From IMG/VR virus record IMGVR_UViG_3300043434_000693, positions 1 through 64,000 of that record: DNA of 64,000 nt, one strand, 5' to 3'. Below the pieces are notes generated by a model. The model worked only from the letters and a program-made list of their open reading frames with translations. It had not been told where the DNA came from and made no database searches. The position numbers and the translations under genes were made by a program. How positions within the stretch are numbered: position 1 is the stretch's first letter; each line of letters begins with the position of its first letter. Positions 56,515 to 64,000 of this stretch are shown piece after piece. The stretch is from a virus.

Positions 56515-58713
56515 ATGGCAATATTAGATTCAGCAACTACAATTACTTCGACAGCATCTAATGTAATTAGTGCTGCCGGATCAGCAATTAACTTGTCCGC
56601 AATAGGTGAGTTTTTTACAACAATACCTAATTTAAAGTTACCCCTAGCTAACCCGTTAAGTGAGTTTGCGTCGTACACTTATATTTTAAGTATTGGTGTT
56701 TTGCGTGATGACGAATTAAATTTTCCCGATACAACATATCGTGCCGGAAAAAAGTTAAAGTTGATTTGTAAATCGGCAAATGCTGATCCAAACAATAGAA
56801 TTAATACTTCATATGGAAAGTTTGACTTTTTTATCGACAACTTAACGTTATCGAGTATTATTGGCCATGAAAAGAATAATAATACTAATGTAACAAAATT
56901 TACTTTTGATATTACAGAACCCTACAGCATGGGAATATTCCCTATAGCTTGCCAACAAGCGGCATATGAAGCTGGACACAAAAACTGGAGATCAGCTCCG
57001 TTTATTCTAACGATTGAATTTAAAGGTAATAGAGAAAATGGAACGATGGTATCGATACCAAATACTGATAGATACATTCCATTTAAGTTTACTGAGTTAT
57101 CTATGACAGTAAATCACACTGGTAGCAAATATACTTGTAATGCAATCGCTTATAATCAAACTGCTCTAACTTCTAAACATGCACAATTAAAACATGAAGT
57201 TTCGGTAAAAGGAAAAACAGTACAAGAAGTTCTCCAAACTGGAGAAAAGAGCTTACAAGCCGTTATTAATCAGCGATTGCAACAATTAGCAAAAGATGGA
57301 ATTGTTCCAGTTCCTGATGAAGTTGTTATACTTTTCCCTAAAGATATTTCATCATCAGCAGGCGCAGCAGGTGCATCAACTCCTTCACAAGGAGCAACTA
57401 CAGGATCAGGTGCAGGCGGTTCGGTCATTCAAAAATTAGGATTAACCCGTAGTAAAATTAATCAGACGTTAGTACAAGATATAAAACAAGTTAATGAATT
57501 AGGGTCATCAATTATTACAACTGGAGAATCGTCTATTGGCAAGGATAATGCAGTTTATGACAAAGATAAAAATGTATATATTCGTGCAAATAATACATTA
57601 GAAATTGACGGCGGAGAATTAAAGTTTAATCAAGATACTGACATTATCAATGTTATCAATCAAGTTCTAATAAAAAGCGAATATCCTAAGGCTGCACTTG
57701 GAGCTAAGACTGTTACTAAAGAAGGATTTAGAAAGTGGTGGAAAATTGACACTCAGGTGTTTAATATATCATCGGACGAAAATTTAAAGTCGACCGGTGT
57801 AAAACCTCAAATTATTGTGTATCGTGTTATACCTTCTAACCATCATTTAAGCTCAGGTCCGATGCCCCCGAATGTAAAACCGCCTGGTTTTCAAGACCTT
57901 GCTAAACAAGCTGTTAAGGTATACGACTACATTTATACTGGAAAAAATACTGAAGTTTTGAAGTTTGATATTACGTTTAAAAATTCGTTTTCCACAATGT
58001 TATCGGCTGATGCAGGGCAATTTAATCAAGATATTCAAAACCCAGGATCAGTTCAGTTCATCGAAAAGGCAGTGAATAAACTATTAATGATTGGTAATGA
58101 GCCTGACAAAACATTGGGAGTAACACCGACACAAGCGACCTATGTAGCGACAAAATCGACAACAGATCATAAAGGAGGCGGCGGCCCTGAAACAGCAGCA
58201 TCAAGAGCTGCAAGAACATTCCACGATCAAATTAACTCAGGGAATGATATGATTATGCTTGATATGACAATAATAGGAGATCCTTATTTTATTGCTCAAA
58301 GTGGTACAGGTAATTATACAGCAAAATCGTCGCAATTTGTAAATTTAAACACTGACGGATCGGTAAACTATCAAAATGGTGAAGTTGATATTGTAGTAAA
58401 TTTTAGAACTCCTGTTGATATTAATCAGGTGTCGGGATTATACGATTTTGGGGGAGCGTCAAAAACATCACCGGTGATGCAATTTAGCGGACTGTATCGA
58501 GTTACAACAGTTACTAGCAGATTTTCAAACGGTGAGTTTAAACAAGACCTAAAAGGAATGAGACGCAGACAACAAGAATCTACACAAGAGTCGTCGTTAT
58601 CAGTTGGGTTTAATATTGATAATATTGTACAGGGATTAACTGACACTGGCCAATCATTATTAAGTGGTGCAGCAGATTCGATATCAAATTTTGTAGGCAA
58701 AATAATCAAATAA
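56515..58713 (+). CDS. Baseplate hub protein (gp27/GpD-like)
   Basis: Lies between the gp53-like and gp5-like genes; C-terminal IIGDPYF and FSGLYRVTTVTSRFSNGEFKQDL hub motifs. Confidence 0.65.
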   Translation: MAILDSATTITSTASNVISAAGSAINLSAIGEFFTTIPNLKLPLANPLSEFASYTYILSIGVLRDDELNFPDTTYRAGKKLKLICKSANADPNNRINTSYGKFDFFIDNLTLSSIIGHEKNNNTNVTKFTFDITEPYSMGIFPIACQQAAYEAGHKNWRSAPFILTIEFKGNRENGTMVSIPNTDRYIPFKFTELSMTVNHTGSKYTCNAIAYNQTALTSKHAQLKHEVSVKGKTVQEVLQTGEKSLQAVINQRLQQLAKDGIVPVPDEVVILFPKDISSSAGAAGASTPSQGATTGSGAGGSVIQKLGLTRSKINQTLVQDIKQVNELGSSIITTGESSIGKDNAVYDKDKNVYIRANNTLEIDGGELKFNQDTDIINVINQVLIKSEYPKAALGAKTVTKEGFRKWWKIDTQVFNISSDENLKSTGVKPQIIVYRVIPSNHHLSSGPMPPNVKPPGFQDLAKQAVKVYDYIYTGKNTEVLKFDITFKNSFSTMLSADAGQFNQDIQNPGSVQFIEKAVNKLLMIGNEPDKTLGVTPTQATYVATKSTTDHKGGGGPETAASRAARTFHDQINSGNDMIMLDMTIIGDPYFIAQSGTGNYTAKSSQFVNLNTDGSVNYQNGEVDIVVNFRTPVDINQVSGLYDFGGASKTSPVMQFSGLYRVTTVTSRFSNGEFKQDLKGMRRRQQESTQESSLSVGFNIDNIVQGLTDTGQSLLSGAADSISNFVGKIIK

Positions 58714-58722
58714 GAGAATAAT

Positions 58723-60306
58723 ATGGAAGCAAATAATGATGATTTTTCCCCCAGTCAACCTGGCGGAGAATCAAAATCAGGGCCATTTTTAGCCAAAGTA
58801 GTAAGCCATTTAGATCCTTCATACATGGGAACATTAGAGGTTACTATTTTAAGACCTGTAGGAAATACCGCATCTGAAGGACAATTGCATCATGTAAGTT
58901 ATATGAGCCCGTTTTATGGAGTTACTGGTATTGATCACGTAGGCGCTGATCCCAACGATTATAACAATACACAAAAAAGTTATGGTATGTGGATGATTCC
59001 GCCTGACCCTGGATCAGTTGTAGTTGTGTTCTTTATTGATGGAGATCCAAGAAGAGGATATTGGATCGGGTGTGTTCCTGATGAAAACATGAATTTTATG
59101 GTCCCGGGGTTAGCAGCCGCTGAAAGTGTAGTTGATGGGAAATCAATCGATGGTCAAACAGTTAGATATCCAGCTGCTGAATACAATAAAAAAATAAACG
59201 GTTCTGCAAAGGATCCTACACAACTTAAAAAGCCAAAGCATCCGATCGCTGAAGCAATTGAAGCTCAAGGATTATTATTAGATGATACGAGAGGTATTAC
59301 TACTAGTAGTGCCCGCCGTGATACACCGAGCATGGTTTTTGGTATATCGACACCTGGTCCGATCGATAAAAGATCTGGTGCAAAACAAGGAGCAATTGGA
59401 AAAAAAGAACATCGAATACCTAATGCGTTTGTTAGTCGTCTTGGCGGAACAACCTTTGTTATGGATGATGGAGATGACAAATTTTTAAGGAAAGGATCTC
59501 CTGCAACTACAGCACCAGAGTACGCTGCAATAGAACAAGGTGAAAAAGCACCTGCAGATCCTACTAGGTTACACAACGAATTGTTTAGAATTCGTACTCG
59601 AACAGGGCATCAAATTTTATTACATAATTCTGAAGATTTAATCTATATTGGAAACTCGCGAGGCACAGCTTGGGTAGAGTTGACTAGCAATGGTAAAATT
59701 GATATTTTCTCTGAAGATTCGATTAGTGTACATACAAACCAAGATTTTAATTTTTATGCCGGGAGAGATATTAATTTCGAAGCAGTAAGAAATATCAATA
59801 TGCGGGCCAATCAAGAACTACAAATAGAAACAGTTACCGACATGAATTTAGTTATTGGGCGAGAAGGAAGAATCACAACCAAACAAAATTTAAATGTAAA
59901 AACAACTCAATCTAATTTCTTTTCAGCAGGGCAAACAACTGAAATTAAGTCAGGTGGAAATCATATTGAAACCGCTGCAAAAATTCACATGAACGGACCA
60001 GCTGCAAAAGAAGCAGTTCCTGTAACACCGTTAGTATCACATATTTTGCCAACAACTGTTGATAAGCAAACTATTCGGTCTATAATGCGTCGAATCCCTA
60101 CACATGAGCCTTATCCGCAGCATGAAAATTTACAACCTGCAGATTATACCCCGGAAAAAACAAATAGAGACCTAGATGGTAGAACAATCACAGGTGACGA
60201 ATCGAAAGATAATGACACGTTAAAAGCGCCCGCAACTGTGTGGAAAAAATATGCTACAAAAACTGACACATTTGCAAAAGTTAAAGGCGAGGAGAAAAAA
60301 TCATGA
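58723..60306 (+). CDS. Baseplate central spike, gp5/VgrG-like
   Basis: OB-fold GMWMIPPDPGSVVVVFFIDGD..GYWIG, RTRTGHQILLHNSE and beta-helix repeats; no lysozyme domain evident. Confidence 0.8.
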   Translation: MEANNDDFSPSQPGGESKSGPFLAKVVSHLDPSYMGTLEVTILRPVGNTASEGQLHHVSYMSPFYGVTGIDHVGADPNDYNNTQKSYGMWMIPPDPGSVVVVFFIDGDPRRGYWIGCVPDENMNFMVPGLAAAESVVDGKSIDGQTVRYPAAEYNKKINGSAKDPTQLKKPKHPIAEAIEAQGLLLDDTRGITTSSARRDTPSMVFGISTPGPIDKRSGAKQGAIGKKEHRIPNAFVSRLGGTTFVMDDGDDKFLRKGSPATTAPEYAAIEQGEKAPADPTRLHNELFRIRTRTGHQILLHNSEDLIYIGNSRGTAWVELTSNGKIDIFSEDSISVHTNQDFNFYAGRDINFEAVRNINMRANQELQIETVTDMNLVIGREGRITTKQNLNVKTTQSNFFSAGQTTEIKSGGNHIETAAKIHMNGPAAKEAVPVTPLVSHILPTTVDKQTIRSIMRRIPTHEPYPQHENLQPADYTPEKTNRDLDGRTITGDESKDNDTLKAPATVWKKYATKTDTFAKVKGEEKKS

Positions 60307-60734
60307 GTTCAGAATTATACGATAGAATTACACTTCCGGCAGCTCCGGTTTCAAAAGATATAAAAACTAAAATGTATCGTGGATTCGGTTCTAATGCCGA
60401 GAACTTTAGTCTTTACGATTTTGAGTTAATAAAGCAAGACATCTTAAATCATTTTAACATTCGTCAAGGCGAAAAGCTAATGAATCCAGAATTTGGTTGT
60501 GTTTTATGGGACATACTTTTTGAGCCTTTAACTGAGCAAGTTAAAAGTATTATTTTGCAAAATGTAAGTCAGATCATTAATTATGACCCCAGAGTTACAG
60601 CTGACGAAATTGTAGTAACTGCATATGAAACAGGCATACAAATAAGTTGTTCGTTAACTTACCTCCCATATAACATCTCTCAAAAACTACAGTTAAGATT
60701 TGATCAAGCCAACGGGTTGCTAATACAGCAATAA
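60303..60734 (+). CDS. gp25: Baseplate wedge subunit, gp25-like
   Basis: LIKQDILNHFNIRQGEKLMNPEFGC.LWDILFEP...YDPRV. Confidence 0.9.
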   Translation: MSSELYDRITLPAAPVSKDIKTKMYRGFGSNAENFSLYDFELIKQDILNHFNIRQGEKLMNPEFGCVLWDILFEPLTEQVKSIILQNVSQIINYDPRVTADEIVVTAYETGIQISCSLTYLPYNISQKLQLRFDQANGLLIQQ

Positions 60735-60755
60735 ACTGCATAGTTAATTTTATTC

Positions 60756-60763
60756 AATAAATA
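60756..60763 (+). promoter_or_regulatory. Late promoter box AATAAATA
   Basis: 18 nt upstream of ATG 60782. Confidence 0.65.
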
Positions 60764-60781
60764 TACATATTAGGACAAGAT

Positions 60782-63700
60782 ATGAGTGCAACAGACAGAC
60801 AAAATAGGCTACTTCTAGCTGAAGATTGGAAAAAAGTTTATCAATCATTCCGAAATGCAGATTTCCAAAGTTATGATTTTGAAAATCTTCGTCGTACAAT
60901 GATTGATTATATTCGTCAAAATTATCCAGAAGATTTTAATGATTATATTGAAAGTTCTGAATATCTTGCACTTATTGATTTAATTGCATTTTTAGGGCAA
61001 AGTATTGCATTTAGAGTTGATTTAAATGCACGAGAAAACTTTTTAGAACTAGCAGAACGTAGAGAAAGTGTTTTAAGATTAGCTAGACTCATTAGCTACA
61101 ATGCCAAAAGAACAATTGCAGCTAGCGGTCTTTTAAAATTCTCTACGGTACAAACTACTGAGAATATTCTTGATAGTAATGGTCGAAACTTATCAGGACA
61201 GGTTATTAGTTGGAATGATCCTTCTAATCCAAACTGGTACGATCAATTTATTAAGGTAATGAATGGAGCAATGTCGACTAGCCAACAATTTGGAAACCCG
61301 TCAGATAAAGCTACAATCTATGATATTCCTACTGAACAATATAGATTAGAAAGCTCGAATAGCGGAGTCCCAATTTTTTCTTTTTCTAAAGTAGTTGCAG
61401 GAAGATCAACACCTTTTGAAATTTGTAGTACTACATTTACTGAACAAGAATACGTTTATGAAGAGGCTCCTAAAGTAGGTAATAAACTTGCATGTATATT
61501 TAGAAATGACGGAAGAGGTTATGGAAGTGCCGGCACTGGGTTTTTTCTTTATTTCACACAAGGAACTACTAATACAGGAACATTTTCTATAACACAACCG
61601 AGTACAACAGAAACAGTTGATATTGATTCTGCAGGAATCAATGACTCCGATGTATGGCTATATCGATTAGATAAAGACGGAAACGAATCAGAAAGTTGGA
61701 CAAAAGTTTCGAGTTTAGAAGGCAACAACATTATCTATAACAGCCTTAATAAAAATATTAGAAATATATATGCAGTTATTACTCGCAATAATGATACTGT
61801 TAGTTTAACATTTGGAGATGGTACATTCGGAAATATCCCACTCGGCACTTTTAAAGTGTATTATAGAGTGAGCAACGGATTATCTTATACTATTAATACA
61901 CAAGATATAAGAAATGTATCAATTAGCATACCTTATATTTCAAATTTAGGACAGCAAGAAACATTAACAGTTACATTAGGGTTAGTTTCTTCAGTTTCGA
62001 ATGCCGAAACATCTGAAACAAACATTAGCATAAAAAATAATGCTCCTGCTACATATTACACACAAAATCGTATGATTACAGGAGAAGATTATAATATTAG
62101 TCCGTTAAGTGTCAGCCAACAGATTATTAAAGTTAAGTCAGTTAACAGATCTTCTAGCGGGATCAGCAGATATTTTGACTTAGTAGATCCTACCGGAAAG
62201 TACAGTTCTACGAGGTTATATGCAAATGACGGGGCATTATATAAAGAAAATTACGAATCATATACACGATTCTCTTATTCAAATAGAACAGATATTGAAG
62301 GTGTAATATACAATGATATCTATTCGATATTGAAAAAAACAGAATTAAGAAACTACTATTATTCTAAATATTCTTACAAAGTAGCATCGAGTTTAAATGT
62401 TACATGGGAGCCGGTAACTGTTGATTCGAATTACACAACTGGGTATGTAAAAAGTCCGGTTGACAATGTCATTTATAAAGTTGGGTCTTTTACTGCAACA
62501 GATCTAAAATATTTCAAAGTAGGATCGTTGGTAAGATTTTCTGCTCCAACTGGTCAATATTTTGATACAATAAATGACAACGTCCTTAAAGATGGTGACG
62601 GAACAGCAGCAGGTGCAGCAACATACATTTGGGCCGAAGTAGTGTCAATTACCGACGACGGAACGGCATTAGGGACTGGTAGATTATCTACTGGATTTGG
62701 ACCAATAGCATTGAATCGAGTAGTTCCTAGATACGCTATTATTTCGCAAATTATTCCTAAATTTAGAACTACGATCGAAACCGATACAATTACTACTATG
62801 AACGACTTAATTTTTTCAAACAAGCCGTTCGGTCTAAGGTACGATTCTGTGACACAAACATGGAAAATTATCTTCGAATCAAACTTAAACACTTCGAATA
62901 ATTTTACATTAGGAAACCAAGGAGATGTGACAAATAAACAACGAGATTCTAGTTGGTTGTTATTGTTTACAACTGATAATGAATTTTATACAGTAACAAG
63001 CAGAGAGTTAAGATTTATTTTTGAAAGCGATCAACAATTAAGATTTTATTTTGACACATCATCAAAGATTTACGATACTAGATCCAATTCCTTAGTTAAG
63101 GACACTATAAAAATTTTAAGTGTTAACACCCGACCTGACAACACAATTTCTTTCTCGTCAGACTTTTCGTGGGATGTTACTTCGAATTTTATCGGTCTTG
63201 ATGGATATGTTGATAACAAAAAAATTATAGTGTCATTCTCTGACGCTGATGAAAACGGTGTAGTTGATGATCCGGAATTGTTTGACACAATTATTGATCC
63301 AACAACATCTATAACTACCAAGTATATTATACAAGAAAAATATACTATTTCGCAAGGCCAAGAAGATTACAAATATGTTTCGAATAGTGATGGAAAGGTG
63401 TTAATTTTTAATTCGGAATCAGATATTACTTCTTTATTAGCATATAATGATTCGTCAAAGACCTATTATTTTTATTTTATTGATAAGGATGTTGTTAAAA
63501 AGTTAACTACTACCGGAAAACTAGTTCCTACACTTGATTACAAAGTTTATGTTGGGCGAGACAATTTAAAATTTGAGTACGTTCATAGTGCAGATGCAGA
63601 ATCTAGAATTGATCCGGGTGCAAGCAATATTATTGACATTTATGTATTAACTAAAAATTATGATATTGAATTTAGACAATGGGTAGTAGGAGCAAGGAGT

Positions 63701-64000
63701 GATAAACCGTTACCTCCAAGCTCAGACGAGATTTATAATACTGTTTCTCCGTCGCTTAACCTAATTAAATCGATATCAGATGAGATTATATATCATCCAG
63801 TTGAATACAAAGTTTTATTTGGTCAGTCTGCGCCTTTAGAATTACAAGCAATATTCAAAGTTACAAAGACTCCGGATCAAACTATATCTGATAATGATAT
63901 CAAATCGAAAGTTATTAATTTAATAAATGAATTTTTTGCATTAGAGAATTGGGATTTTGGTGATACATTTTATTTTACAGAGCTAGCTACATATGTAGTC
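60782..64000 (+). CDS. gp6: Baseplate wedge subunit, gp6-like; 3'-truncated (absent from the ORF track)
   Basis: Hand translation MSATDRQNRLL..DFQSYDFENLR..YPEDFNDYIESSE..LIDLIAF..ARENFLELAERRESVLRLARLISYNAKR; later FGDGTFG and QNRMITGEDY. Runs off the window end. Confidence 0.85.
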   Translation, partial: MSATDRQNRLLLAEDWKKVYQSFRNADFQSYDFENLRRTMIDYIRQNYPEDFNDYIESSEYLALIDLIAFLGQSIAFRVDLNARENFLELAERRESVLRLARLISYNAKRTIAASGLLKFSTVQTTENILDSNGRNLSGQVISWNDPSNPNWYDQFIKVMNGAMSTSQQFGNPSDKATIYDIPTEQYRLESSNSGVPIFSFSKVVAGRSTPFEICSTTFTEQEYVYEEAPKVGNKLACIFRNDGRGYGSAGTGFFLYFTQGTTNTGTFSITQPSTTETVDIDSAGINDSDVWLYRLDKDGNESESWTKVSSLEGNNIIYNSLNKNIRNIYAVITRNNDTVSLTFGDGTFGNIPLGTFKVYYRVSNGLSYTINTQDIRNVSISIPYISNLGQQETLTVTLGLVSSVSNAETSETNISIKNNAPATYYTQNRMITGEDYNISPLSVSQQIIKVKSVNRSSSGISRYFDLVDPTGKYSSTRLYANDGALYKENYESYTRFSYSNRTDIEGVIYNDIYSILKKTELRNYYYSKYSYKVASSLNVTWEPVTVDSNYTTGYVKSPVDNVIYKVGSFTATDLKYFKVGSLVRFSAPTGQYFDTINDNVLKDGDGTAAGAATYIWAEVVSITDDGTALGTGRLSTGFGPIALNRVVPRYAIISQIIPKFRTTIETDTITTMNDLIFSNKPFGLRYDSVTQTWKIIFESNLNTSNNFTLGNQGDVTNKQRDSSWLLLFTTDNEFYTVTSRELRFIFESDQQLRFYFDTSSKIYDTRSNSLVKDTIKILSVNTRPDNTISFSSDFSWDVTSNFIGLDGYVDNKKIIVSFSDADENGVVDDPELFDTIIDPTTSITTKYIIQEKYTISQGQEDYKYVSNSDGKVLIFNSESDITSLLAYNDSSKTYYFYFIDKDVVKKLTTTGKLVPTLDYKVYVGRDNLKFEYVHSADAESRIDPGASNIIDIYVLTKNYDIEFRQWVVGARSDKPLPPSSDEIYNTVSPSLNLIKSISDEIIYHPVEYKVLFGQSAPLELQAIFKVTKTPDQTISDNDIKSKVINLINEFFALENWDFGDTFYFTELATYVV

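Noticed and set aside
61406-63321. Minus-strand ORFs listed in the last 3 kb
   Set aside because: They lie antisense to the gp6-like gene (60782 to window end), which the ORF track omitted because it has no stop codon in the window.
1-64000. Alternative genetic code (stop-codon reassignment) as in some large phages; tRNA genes
   Set aside because: Core genes are full length under the standard code with high coding density, and no cloverleaf with T-loop/D-loop consensus was seen.

Overview
A 64-kb, AT-rich (~35% GC by eye) segment of a large T4-like myovirus genome, almost all virion morphogenesis genes. It holds a ~37-kb block of giant paralogous fibre/decoration genes (632-37849). Embedded in that block are three tandem Cys/Gly-rich paralogs, a GT9-like glycosyltransferase and a NodU/CmcH carbamoyltransferase, and an ADP-heptose-epimerase-like gene flanks it. 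The head module (portal gp20, core, protease gp21, scaffold gp22, major capsid gp23) and a tape-measure-like gene follow. A divergent gp26/gp51-like chaperone carries a probable -1 frameshift. A sigma70-driven operon encodes late sigma gp55, gp47/gp46, a small basic protein and two GIY-YIG nucleases. The baseplate module (gp48/54-, gp53-, gp27-, gp5-, gp25- and gp6-like) closes the window. About 15 NATAAATA late-promoter boxes and several terminators are visible. The strongest novelty candidate is a ~530-nt ORF-free, multi-helix, pseudoknotted RNA-like element (49490-50018, minus strand) directly downstream of the GIY-YIG genes. Other leads are the chaperone frameshift, the Cys-rich triplet plus glycosyl/carbamoyl-transferase cassette, phycobiliprotein-like C-x-R-D repeats in fibre proteins, and a structured leader at 31050-31147. 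All assignments come from motif recognition and hand pairing; no searches or folding programs were run.
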